Origin: Minisyncoccota bacterium
GTDB lineage: Bacteria; Patescibacteriota; Minisyncoccia; Phycocordibacterales; UBA9973
Direction of reading: 5' to 3'
DNA: 64,000 bases
Assembly (NCBI GenBank): GCA_018061035.1
Contig: JAGOUX010000001.1
Coordinates: 6,817-70,816, forward strand
The first letter of the stretch is position 1; each line of letters starts with the position of its first letter. Positions 19,719 to 28,484 of the stretch are shown one piece after another. The translations under genes were made by a program, and so were the position numbers. Below the pieces are notes generated by a model that made no database searches, was not told the DNA's origin, and saw only the letters and a program-made list of their open reading frames with translations.

Positions 19719-21935
19719 ATGAAATTATTAATCGTAGAGTCACCATCAAAAGCTAAAACTATCGAGAAATATCTCGAGGGTTCTTATACTGTGCGCGCAT
19801 CAGTTGGACATGTGCGAGATCTTCCGAAATCCAACAAAAAGGCGATCGACATCGAAGCAGGATTTCTCCCCCATTACGAAATTTCTAAAGGAAAAGAAAA
19901 AGTAGTTCACGAACTACAAGGTTTAGCTGAAAAAGCAACGGAAATAATGCTTGCGACAGACCCCGACCGTGAAGGTGAAGCCATAGCTTGGCATATTGAG
20001 ACACTTCTCCATGCAGACAAGAAAGTTAAGGCTCCGATTCATAGAGTAGCCTTTCACGAAATCACCAAAGAGGCAGTTGAAGAAGCGCTCTCACATCCCC
20101 GCAAAATAGATACTGCACTTCGAAAGGCGCAAGAAGCGCGTCGGGTACTCGATCGACTCGTAGGCTACGATCTTTCAGGAATAATTTGGAAAAAAGTTCG
20201 CTATGGATTATCTGCAGGGCGAGTTCAATCCCCAGCTCTCCGTATTATTATGGAACGTGAACGTGAGATTCGAGCTTTTGTGCCAGAAAAGTACTGGAGG
20301 CTTTTTGGAATTTTTGAAACATCTAAAAAAGATAAGCTGACACTTGAGTGTAGCGAAGAGCCTCGTGATGAAAAATTAGTAAATAAAATATTAGAAGAAG
20401 GCAAAAAGGGTTCATGGATAGTAAAGGGAGTAAAAGAGTCTGAGCAAAAGAGATCTCCTCGTGCTCCATTTACCACATCGACACTTCAGCAAACCGCGAG
20501 CTCACGATTGGGCTACTCACCTTCTCGCACTATGCAGATCGCTCAGAAGCTCTACGAAGCAGGACATATCACATATATGCGTACAGATAGTACAAACCTT
20601 GGCGCTTCTGCTCAGAGCCAAATTCTGGCATTCGTAAAAAAGCAATACGGCCCGGAATATGCTGAAGCTCACATATATAAGACTAAATCTAAGAATGCTC
20701 AAGAAGCTCACGAAGCCATCCGTCCTACACATATAGAGAAGATGCATGCCGGCACTGAGGAGCAGAGCCGTCTGTATCAACTTATTTGGGAGCGAGCTAT
20801 CTCTTCTCAGATGACCGACGCAAAACTACTCAAGACAAAAATCACCGCTGTTATCGAAGGCCATGAAGACCTCCCAGAATTCGGAGCAGTTGGCTCAAGA
20901 TTACTTTTCCCAGGATGGCTTGCAGCTGATACAGGTGCTCGAGGTGAAGATGTGGAACTACCACTTGTAAAAGCCGGCGAAAAATTAAAACTACTTGATC
21001 TCACAAGTGAAGAGAAGTTTACCGAGCCACCAGGCAGATATTCAGAGGCAGGTCTTGTGAAGGAGCTTGAGAGTAGAGGCATTGGCCGACCGTCGACCTA
21101 CGCATCTATCATGCGCACAATCGAAGATCGTGGCTATGTACGCAAGGAAGGCAAAACATTGTTCCCCACCGACACTGGTGAAGTAGTTTCAGATTTTCTC
21201 GAAGCACATTTCGCAAATTATATCTCTGATACATTTACAGCAGAAATGGAAGATGAGCTCGATGAAATCTCTCGCGGTGAACGTGAGTACGAAAAAACTT
21301 TGAAGGATTTTTATGGTCCATTCCTAAAAGAAGTTAAAGCTAAAGATAAGTTGGAAAAAGCAACCAATTTGGGAGATGCCCCAGATGGCACAAAATGTCC
21401 CAAATGTGGAAGTACGATGATTATAAAATTATCCCGAGGCGGTAAATTTTATTCTTGCTCTAAGTATCCAGACTGTGATGGTGCTCTCATGCTCGATGGT
21501 ACTGAATTAAAAGGCCCAGAAGAAACCGGCGAAATGTGTCCTACATGTGGAGACAAGAAGGGCAAATCAGGTGGAGGCAAGCTTGTTGTTCGACAGCGAC
21601 GAGACGGAGGCGGAAGTTTTATATCTTGCTCACGATATCCAAAATGCAAATTTATCAAACAAGACGAAGCGGAACTCGCTCGCAAGCGCACTGGGGTATT
21701 GTGCCCTCTGTGCAAAACCGGTGATATATCCGAACGCCGAGGCAGATTCGGAATATTCTACTCATGCTCCAACTACCCAGACTGCAAATATGCAATCAAG
21801 GCCAAGCCAACTGGAAATATTTGTAAAGAATGCGGAGCACTCATGATGGAAGGTACTAAGACAATCCCCGAGAGATGTTCAAACAAAGCATGTAAAATGC
21901 ACAATCCTCACAAAATCCCAAAAATTGAATCATAG
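19719..21935 (+). CDS. topA: DNA topoisomerase I
   Basis: TOPRIM/Topo IA core plus four C-terminal C4 zinc-ribbon repeats (CPKCG...CSKYPDC etc.). Confidence 0.9.
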   Translation: MKLLIVESPSKAKTIEKYLEGSYTVRASVGHVRDLPKSNKKAIDIEAGFLPHYEISKGKEKVVHELQGLAEKATEIMLATDPDREGEAIAWHIETLLHADKKVKAPIHRVAFHEITKEAVEEALSHPRKIDTALRKAQEARRVLDRLVGYDLSGIIWKKVRYGLSAGRVQSPALRIIMEREREIRAFVPEKYWRLFGIFETSKKDKLTLECSEEPRDEKLVNKILEEGKKGSWIVKGVKESEQKRSPRAPFTTSTLQQTASSRLGYSPSRTMQIAQKLYEAGHITYMRTDSTNLGASAQSQILAFVKKQYGPEYAEAHIYKTKSKNAQEAHEAIRPTHIEKMHAGTEEQSRLYQLIWERAISSQMTDAKLLKTKITAVIEGHEDLPEFGAVGSRLLFPGWLAADTGARGEDVELPLVKAGEKLKLLDLTSEEKFTEPPGRYSEAGLVKELESRGIGRPSTYASIMRTIEDRGYVRKEGKTLFPTDTGEVVSDFLEAHFANYISDTFTAEMEDELDEISRGEREYEKTLKDFYGPFLKEVKAKDKLEKATNLGDAPDGTKCPKCGSTMIIKLSRGGKFYSCSKYPDCDGALMLDGTELKGPEETGEMCPTCGDKKGKSGGGKLVVRQRRDGGGSFISCSRYPKCKFIKQDEAELARKRTGVLCPLCKTGDISERRGRFGIFYSCSNYPDCKYAIKAKPTGNICKECGALMMEGTKTIPERCSNKACKMHNPHKIPKIES

Positions 21936-21959
21936 GAGTATAAGTGTTATCATTTCTAT

Positions 21960-23432
21960 ATGGAACAAACTATCAAGGAAATACTTGATCTCAACGGAAA
22001 CATGAATCCGAAGGAAATAGAGCTTATCAAAAAAGCCTACCAATTCGCGGAAAAGGCTCATTTTGGGCAGAAAAGAATGAACGGTGACCCATATTTTGTT
22101 CATGTACTTGAAACTGCCAAAATATTGGCGAAGCTGGGTATGGACTCTCAAACCATCGCAGCTGGTTTTTTACATGATGTACTTGAGGACACAGAAACAA
22201 CCGAGGAATCAATGCATAAGGAATTTGGAGGTGACATTGTATTTCTAGTGAATGGGGTCACGAAATTGGGAACACTCAAATACCGTGGACATGAAAGACA
22301 CGTTGAATCATTGCGTAAATTTTTTATCGCTATGGCTCTCGACCTGCGTGTAGTCATTATCAAATTTGCCGATAGATTGCACAATCTAAGAACCTTGCAA
22401 TACGTGCGTGAAGACAAAAGAGAACGAATTGCTCTTGAATCAATCGAAGTATACGCCCCACTAGCCAATAGGCTCGGTATGGGTAAATTGAAAGGCGACA
22501 TCGAGGATGCTGCCTTCCCTTTCGCTTTTCCAAAAGAGTACGCTGAAGTAGAGAACCTAATCAAAAACGAAAAAGAAAAATATGGTAAGTATCTCGAAGA
22601 AGTATCTCAAGAGCTGAACAAAGAACTTCAAAAAAATAAAATCAAAGTTGATGAAATCAGCTATCGCATAAAACATAAATATAGCTTATACAAAAAATTA
22701 CAACGGTATGATATGGATATCAGCAAAATATTCGACGTGGTAGCTCTCAGAGTCGTTGTCGACAACATAGAAGAATGCTACCGGGTACTTGGCTTGGTTC
22801 ACTCTATTTGGAATCCACTTCCTGGTAGGATAAAGGACTACATCGCTGTCCCAAAGCCAAATGGATACCGATCTATTCACACAACTATTTTTACTGGGTT
22901 GGGTGGTATAGCAGAAATTCAAATTCGAACCAAAGAAATGCATGCAGAAGCAGCTTATGGTATCGCTGCGCATTTTGCATACAAGGAAAATAGTAATAGC
23001 AAAAATAAACCAACTGACAATTCAAAATTTAAGTGGATTGAAGAGCTCAAGGAATTAAATTATTCCCCTGATGAACCAAAAAAATTTCTCGAGCACCTAC
23101 GTATGGATTTTTTTAATGATCGAATATTCGTCTTTACACCAAAAGGTGATGTTATAGATCTCCCAGACAATTCTACTCCCATTGATTTCGCATACAACAT
23201 TCACTCTGATGTTGGTGACCATGCACTAAGTGCAAAAATAAATGGCAAGATGTCCCAACTAACCACAGCGCTTAAAAATGGAGATATCGTTGATATTGCA
23301 GTCAACAAAAAAGCTCATCCGACAACCAAATGGTTAGAATCTGTAAAAACTAGTATAGCTAAAAAACACATCAAATCTTATCTCGAAAAGAATAGTCTTC
23401 TCGCTAGACTAAAATCTTTTGGGAGATCTTAA
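21960..23432 (+). CDS. (p)ppGpp synthetase/hydrolase (Rel/SpoT homolog)
   Basis: HD hydrolase domain (LHDVLEDT), RelA/SpoT synthetase domain and a TGS-like C-terminus; 490 aa, no ACT domain. Confidence 0.85.
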   Translation: MEQTIKEILDLNGNMNPKEIELIKKAYQFAEKAHFGQKRMNGDPYFVHVLETAKILAKLGMDSQTIAAGFLHDVLEDTETTEESMHKEFGGDIVFLVNGVTKLGTLKYRGHERHVESLRKFFIAMALDLRVVIIKFADRLHNLRTLQYVREDKRERIALESIEVYAPLANRLGMGKLKGDIEDAAFPFAFPKEYAEVENLIKNEKEKYGKYLEEVSQELNKELQKNKIKVDEISYRIKHKYSLYKKLQRYDMDISKIFDVVALRVVVDNIEECYRVLGLVHSIWNPLPGRIKDYIAVPKPNGYRSIHTTIFTGLGGIAEIQIRTKEMHAEAAYGIAAHFAYKENSNSKNKPTDNSKFKWIEELKELNYSPDEPKKFLEHLRMDFFNDRIFVFTPKGDVIDLPDNSTPIDFAYNIHSDVGDHALSAKINGKMSQLTTALKNGDIVDIAVNKKAHPTTKWLESVKTSIAKKHIKSYLEKNSLLARLKSFGRS

Positions 23433-24442
23433 ACGCTAAAATTAGAGATATTGTAGAGATTTGAATCGTCCTCCTTGATTTCATCTTTTGTTCGATCGTC
23501 CACTGGCGCTTCTTCTGTTGGTTGTGGAGAAGTGTCTCCTGTTGTGTCAGTGCCGACAACTTGTGTAGCAAGATTGGCAATGTGGTTTTCCATCATATCT
23601 TCTGGTTTCTTTTCTGCCGTAGACTTCTGTATTAAGTCCAAAATCTGACGAAGATCATCGGTGGAGAAATAATCAATCTTGATCTGTCCACCAAGTTCTT
23701 TGCGGTCAATGTGTACTCTAGTACCGAGCTTCTCTTGGAATTCTTCTTCGAGTTCTGTAATCTCTGGATCAGGCATGAATTCTTTTTTACGAACTCGATC
23801 ATATGCTATCTTGCGAGCCAAACGTTCAGCCTCTCTCACTGTAATCTTCTTGTAGACAATCTCTTTAAATAAAACTAACTGCTCTTCTGGGTGATCAGCG
23901 AGCATGAGTATCGGCCTGGTATGACCTTCGGTTATTTTTCCCTCAGACAATCCATTCAATATTTCTTCGGGTAATGCAAGGATACGAAGAGAATTAGAAA
24001 CATATTCTCGACTTCGTCCCATTTTCTTGGCAATTTCGGCATGAGTGAATTTGAACTCGGAGGCAAGTCGAAAAAATGCTCGAGCTCGGTCAACTGCATT
24101 GAGATCTTCGCGCTGAAGATTCTCAATAATGGCAAGCTCGAGCTTCATCATTGATGTATCACCTACTCGGATGATAGCCGGCACCTGAGTCACACCAGCG
24201 AGCTTGGCTGCGCGCAAACGGCGCTCTCCAGCGATAAGTTCATACTCAGTACTTAATCCGCCTTCTTCTTTTTCAACTTCTACTCTAGAAACAGTGAGAG
24301 GCTGAAGAACTCCATACTGTTTGATTGAGAGAGCTAGGTCTTCTAGACGTGCTTCGTCGAATTCACGTCTAGGTTGGTATGGATTCGGCTTGATCTTATC
24401 GGTGTCGATCCAGAAAATTGAATTGGAATATAGGTTGGACAT
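23429..24442 (-). CDS. parB: ParB/Spo0J-family partition protein
   Basis: ParB box GERRLRAAK, HTH region, acidic C-terminal tail. Confidence 0.8.
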   Translation of the reverse strand: MSNLYSNSIFWIDTDKIKPNPYQPRREFDEARLEDLALSIKQYGVLQPLTVSRVEVEKEEGGLSTEYELIAGERRLRAAKLAGVTQVPAIIRVGDTSMMKLELAIIENLQREDLNAVDRARAFFRLASEFKFTHAEIAKKMGRSREYVSNSLRILALPEEILNGLSEGKITEGHTRPILMLADHPEEQLVLFKEIVYKKITVREAERLARKIAYDRVRKKEFMPDPEITELEEEFQEKLGTRVHIDRKELGGQIKIDYFSTDDLRQILDLIQKSTAEKKPEDMMENHIANLATQVVGTDTTGDTSPQPTEEAPVDDRTKDEIKEDDSNLYNISNFSV

Positions 24443-24483
24443 GAAATGATTTTAACATATTAAAAAATATTTCGACAATTGAT

Positions 24484-24555
24484 CCCGTTAGAGATTATGT
24501 TAATTACTTGGGGAATAAAAGGTCAATTTTTATATATTTCTGGATCTCTAACGGG
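24484..24555. mobile_element. MITE-like element, copy 5 (short subfamily)
   Basis: Perfect 12-bp TIRs CCCGTTAGAGAT / ATCTCTAACGGG with a perfect 6-bp TSD ATTGAT at 24478-24483 and 24556-24561. Confidence 0.7.
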
Positions 24556-24604
24556 ATTGATTTTGAGTATAAATATGTGTATCATATGTGGATTAGCCCC
24601 TATT

Positions 24605-24688
24605 GCCCAGGTGGCGGAATTGGTAGACGCGATAGACTCAAAATCTATTGTTGGCAACAACATGAGAGTTCGATTCTCTCCCTGGGCA
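24605..24688 (+). tRNA. tRNA-Leu (anticodon CAA)
   Basis: Hand fold: acceptor GCCCAGG/CCUGGGC, anticodon loop CUCAAAA, long variable arm, T-arm GAGAG-UUCGAUU-CUCUC; 84 nt. Confidence 0.85.
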
Positions 24689-24783
24689 CAGAAACAGTAA
24701 ATTTATTTACTGTTGTGGAGAGATCGAAAGGATTTTCGTTGTTGAATGAAATGAAACCGAAAATCACCCGGCTAAGTAATAGC

Positions 24784-24806
24784 CGATTCTCTCCCTGGGC
24801 ACAGAG
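24784..24806 (+). repeat. Direct repeat of the tRNA-Leu 3' end (identical to 24671-24693)
   Basis: CGATTCTCTCCCTGGGCACAGA is repeated 113 bp downstream. Confidence 0.8.
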
Positions 24807-24819
24807 AAAATTAAACAAT

Positions 24820-26136
24820 ATGAAAAATAATACTGAGGATTTTGTAATAGAAGGCGGAAGGAAGCTTTCAGGTACGATCGAAACAAACACATCCAAAAAT
24901 GGCTCTGTGGGTCTTTTGTGCGCCGCATTGATAAATAAAGGCAAGACCACCCTTCATGGTATTTCTAAAATCGAAGAAGTCTACAGAGTCATCGAAATAC
25001 TAGAAAGTATCGGTGTCGATATTAAATGGGTTGGCGACCAAATCATCGAGATGCAACCACCAGCAAAGTTTAATCTCCGAGGTCTTGATCAGACAGCAGC
25101 ACTCAAAACTAGAAGCATCATCATGCTCGCTGGCCCGCTTATACACAATCTTAAATCCTTTTATCTTCCCCACGCTCAAGGTTGCAAACTCGGCAAACGC
25201 ACAGTTAGTGCTCATATCTACGGACTCGAAGAGCTAGGCGTAAAGATCAAGGTTACTAATCAAAACTATAATATTAGCTACAAAAAGCTTCACGCTCGAG
25301 AAATTATCATGTATGAATCTGGTGACACTGCATGCGAGAACCTCATCACCGCTGCTGCGCTAATACCCGGCAAAACTACTATAAAATTCGCCGCATCAAA
25401 TTATATGGTCCAGGAAGTATGTTTCTTTATGGAATCCTTGGGGGTTAAGATCGAGGGCATTGGTACTTCCACATTGGTAATCCATGGTGTCAAAGAGATC
25501 AACAAGGATCTCGAGTACTGCAATAGTGAAGATCCTATCGAATCTATGATGTGGATCACTGCTGCTATCGCTACAAATTCCGAACTTGAAATCAAACGCT
25601 GTCCTATAAATTTCCTAGAGCTAGAGCTTTATAAACTCAAAAAGATGGGTCTACGGTTTAAAGTTTCCCCTATTTACAAATCATACAATCACCGCACCAA
25701 CCTTGCCGATATAAAGGTTCTCCCTTCTAGGCTCAAAGCTCTCGAGGACAAGATCGAGGCACGTCCCTACCCAGGCATCAATATCGACAACCTTCCATTC
25801 TTTGGAATGATTGCCGCATGCGCCAAAGGTACAACTTTGATTCATGACTGGGTTTATGAAAATCGTGCAATTTACCTAACAGAATTAAATCGACTTGGTG
25901 GAACAGTACTTCTAGCAGATCCTCATAGAGTGTATGTGGAAGGTCCAACTAAGTGGAAACCAGGACAGCTAGTGTGCCCTCCTGCACTTCGTCCGTCTGT
26001 GGTTATCATGCTGGCTATGCTCGCAGCCAATGGTAATTCTACTCTTCACAATGTATATATGATCAAGCGCGGATATGAGGACATCGTAAACAGATTCAAC
26101 AGCATAGGTGCCAATATCAGATCAGTTCAGAACTAA
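24820..26136 (+). CDS. murA: UDP-N-acetylglucosamine 1-carboxyvinyltransferase
   Basis: EPT-fold MurA-like sequence. The ORF-track N-terminal extension runs through tRNA-Leu and is spurious; the start is the ATG at 24820. Confidence 0.85.
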   Translation: MKNNTEDFVIEGGRKLSGTIETNTSKNGSVGLLCAALINKGKTTLHGISKIEEVYRVIEILESIGVDIKWVGDQIIEMQPPAKFNLRGLDQTAALKTRSIIMLAGPLIHNLKSFYLPHAQGCKLGKRTVSAHIYGLEELGVKIKVTNQNYNISYKKLHAREIIMYESGDTACENLITAAALIPGKTTIKFAASNYMVQEVCFFMESLGVKIEGIGTSTLVIHGVKEINKDLEYCNSEDPIESMMWITAAIATNSELEIKRCPINFLELELYKLKKMGLRFKVSPIYKSYNHRTNLADIKVLPSRLKALEDKIEARPYPGINIDNLPFFGMIAACAKGTTLIHDWVYENRAIYLTELNRLGGTVLLADPHRVYVEGPTKWKPGQLVCPPALRPSVVIMLAMLAANGNSTLHNVYMIKRGYEDIVNRFNSIGANIRSVQN

Positions 26137-26143
26137 AACTACT

Positions 26144-26223
26144 CCCGTTAGAAATTCTATGATTGGAAACTTTACTAAAAGTGATATAACAATGGAAATG
26201 CGAAGCATTTCCTATTTCTAACG
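26144..26223 (+). mobile_element. MITE-like element, copy 6 (short TIR, between murA and miaA)
   Basis: TIRs CCCGTTAGAAAT / ATTTCTAACG, no clear TSD; the reading frame CCC GTT AGA ... TTC TAA is open throughout. Confidence 0.55.
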
Positions 26224-26225
26224 TG

Positions 26226-27101
26226 ATGCAAAAAGTTTTTGTTATACTCGGGCAAACAACTACCGGCAAGAGTGCTTTGGCGGTAAAATTGGCAAAGAAA
26301 ATTAACGGAGAAATTATCTCTGCTGATTCACGGCAAGTATACACAGGTCTGAATATAGGTAGCGGAAAAGTAACAAAAAAAGAAATGGCTGGTGTCCCCC
26401 ATCATTTGCTTGATGTTGTGAGCCTAAAGAAAAAATTCTCTGTTGCTGAATATCAAAAATTAGCAAATAGTGTAATCACTGAAATTATAAAGCGAGGTAA
26501 GGTACCAATTATAGTTGGCGGAACGGGGTTCTATATTGATGCTGTAACCAAAGGCATAGTCTTACCCGAAGTACCACCCAATCCTAAGCTACGCAAAGAG
26601 CTAGAGAAGAAGAGCCTGTCTCAATTGGTGACAATGCTCAAAAAGCTCGATCCCGCGCGAGTAAAAAATATTGATGTGAAAAATAAAGTACGCTTAATCC
26701 GAGCCATAGAAATATCCAAGACGCTTGGGAAGGTACCAAAAATTAAAATCATGAAACCCGCATATGAATTCGTGCAGTTAGGATTATTTCTCCCCGAGAA
26801 GAAATTGAGGTCAAAAATATCTACTCGTCTCAAATCTAGAATGACTCAAGGAATGCTTCGTGAAGCAAAGAGTTTAAATAAAAATGGTCTGTCGTGGAAG
26901 CGCATGCGAGAGCTAGGATTGGAATACAGATTTATGGCTCTTCATCTAGAAGGAAAAATTAACAAAAAAGAAATGATAGAGAAGCTAGAGAAAGAGATAT
27001 ATCAATACGCCAAACGCCAAATGACTTGGTTCAAGAGAGATCAGAGTATTATTTGGTTTGACGCTTCCAAGAAAATTAGCCTTCGTAAAATTGGTGTATA
27101 A
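26226..27101 (+). CDS. miaA: tRNA dimethylallyltransferase
   Basis: P-loop GQTTTGKSALAV and DSRQVY motif. Confidence 0.85.
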   Translation: MQKVFVILGQTTTGKSALAVKLAKKINGEIISADSRQVYTGLNIGSGKVTKKEMAGVPHHLLDVVSLKKKFSVAEYQKLANSVITEIIKRGKVPIIVGGTGFYIDAVTKGIVLPEVPPNPKLRKELEKKSLSQLVTMLKKLDPARVKNIDVKNKVRLIRAIEISKTLGKVPKIKIMKPAYEFVQLGLFLPEKKLRSKISTRLKSRMTQGMLREAKSLNKNGLSWKRMRELGLEYRFMALHLEGKINKKEMIEKLEKEIYQYAKRQMTWFKRDQSIIWFDASKKISLRKIGV

Positions 27102-27102
27102 T
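27097..27102 (+). promoter_or_regulatory. -10 hexamer TATAAT overlapping the miaA stop
   Basis: TATAAT lies 6 nt before the ATG at 27109 (the left TSD copy); consistent with a leaderless start before insertion. Confidence 0.4.
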
Positions 27103-27108
27103 GCCCAG

Positions 27109-27189
27109 ATGGATTCCGTTAGAAGCCGCGGTCGCAATTACAATCAAATAACCTTAAGTAGTCTCGGTCTGACCGCGACCTGCTTCTAA
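27109..27189 (+). other. Upstream ORF within MITE copy 2 (26 aa, MDSVRSRGR...TATCF)
   Basis: Starts at the ATG of the left TSD copy and ends at a TAA in the right TIR 4 nt before the murI ATG. Confidence 0.45.
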
Positions 27190-27192
27190 CGG
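27115..27192 (+). mobile_element. MITE-like element, copy 2 (inserted at the murI start codon)
   Basis: TIRs CCGTTAGAAGCCGCGGTCGC / GACCGCGACCTGCTTCTAACGG; 7-bp TSD GATGGAT at 27108-27114 and 27193-27199. Confidence 0.75.
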
Positions 27193-27193
27193 G

Positions 27194-27910
27194 ATGGATG
27201 CACGACCGATTGGAGTTTTTGATTCAGGTATAGGAGGACTGACAGTTCTCAAGGAACTACAAAAGGCTATGCCAAATGAGAATTTCATATACCTAGCAGA
27301 TCAGGCTCACTTACCGTATGGAAACAAAAGCAAAAAAGAACTGATAGGCATAACTAGCACTATCATGAATTACTTCCTCACAAAGGATGTGAAGCTTGTA
27401 GTTATAGCTTGCAACACTGCTACTGCAAATACCATCGATGCCCTTCGCAAGAAATATTCTCTACCCATTGTTGGTACAATTCCTGCAGTTAAGCCCGCAG
27501 CAGAAAATACAAAGACTGGAACTATCGCGGTATTATCTACACCCGCAACAGCAAAAAGTTCTGCTTTGAAGAAATTGATCAGACAGTATTGCCGAGGAAT
27601 AAAAGTGCTCAACATTCCCTGCCCCGATCTAGTTGCTCAAATAGAAAAAGGCGACCTAGATAGTACAAAAACAAAGAAACTTTTGGAAAAATACCTCAAG
27701 CCCGTAATAGATTCAAATGCTGACCATGTTGTCCTTGGATGTACCCATTACCCACTTCTCAAGAAACAGATGCAAAAAATATTAGGAAGAAAAGTAAAAA
27801 TTATAGACTCGGGAACAGCCATTGCAAAAAGAACAAAACATATTCTACAACGGGAAAATATAGAAAATAAAACTAGGGGTAAGACTATTTACCAAACTAC
27901 ACTTACTTAA
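27194..27910 (+). CDS. murI: Glutamate racemase
   Basis: VFDSGIGGLTV and GCTHYP motifs. Confidence 0.85.
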   Translation: MDARPIGVFDSGIGGLTVLKELQKAMPNENFIYLADQAHLPYGNKSKKELIGITSTIMNYFLTKDVKLVVIACNTATANTIDALRKKYSLPIVGTIPAVKPAAENTKTGTIAVLSTPATAKSSALKKLIRQYCRGIKVLNIPCPDLVAQIEKGDLDSTKTKKLLEKYLKPVIDSNADHVVLGCTHYPLLKKQMQKILGRKVKIIDSGTAIAKRTKHILQRENIENKTRGKTIYQTTLT

Positions 27911-27918
27911 TTCACAAT

Positions 27919-28419
27919 TTAAGAATTTAATATTTTATTAGCCAATTTTTCCAATTTCTTAAAATCAGCTTTTGGGCCATCGTGAGAAGCCAAATATCCT
28001 TCGTACTTTTTGTAGTAATCCATTTTATTACTGGAATACTGTTTCCATATGCCCTTTTTCATGTGAGCTGTGCCGTGCATAGGCACTAGCTTTATATGAG
28101 CATGATTTATGCCTGTACCTTCCATGATCAAACCCACTCTACCCACGTCTTTGAAATTCTTAAGTAATAAATTAGAAACTTTTTTTGATACCAATATAAA
28201 TGAAGCTAGCTCTTTATCGGGCATTGCCAAGACATCAGAATCATAATGTTTTTTAGGTATAACTACAGCGAAGCCTTCTGTATTTGGAAATGGAGAAAGC
28301 CAAGCCATATATTTTTTATCTTCATATATTTTCCCGTTTCCCAAGGGATTCATTGTATGTGATCCTATTTCACAAAAAATGCACTTATTTTCCACTGTGA
28401 CTGATTTGTATTTGGACAT
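27919..28419 (-). CDS. HIT-family (histidine triad) hydrolase
   Basis: CIFCEI zinc motif and HAHIKLVPMHG histidine triad. Confidence 0.75.
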   Translation of the reverse strand: MSKYKSVTVENKCIFCEIGSHTMNPLGNGKIYEDKKYMAWLSPFPNTEGFAVVIPKKHYDSDVLAMPDKELASFILVSKKVSNLLLKNFKDVGRVGLIMEGTGINHAHIKLVPMHGTAHMKKGIWKQYSSNKMDYYKKYEGYLASHDGPKADFKKLEKLANKILNS

Positions 28420-28484
28420 AGGTATATTGTAGCAGATTTGTAATAAAGCAAGAAAAAGGTACCTGACCCTATTATTCTATTATT

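Noticed and set aside
24508-24819. The N-terminal 104 codons of the 542-aa ORF-track call (24508..26136)
   Set aside because: This part reads through the MITE copy, tRNA-Leu and its terminator palindrome. MurA homology begins at the ATG at 24820 (MKNNTEDFVIEGG...). The upstream part is a frame artefact.
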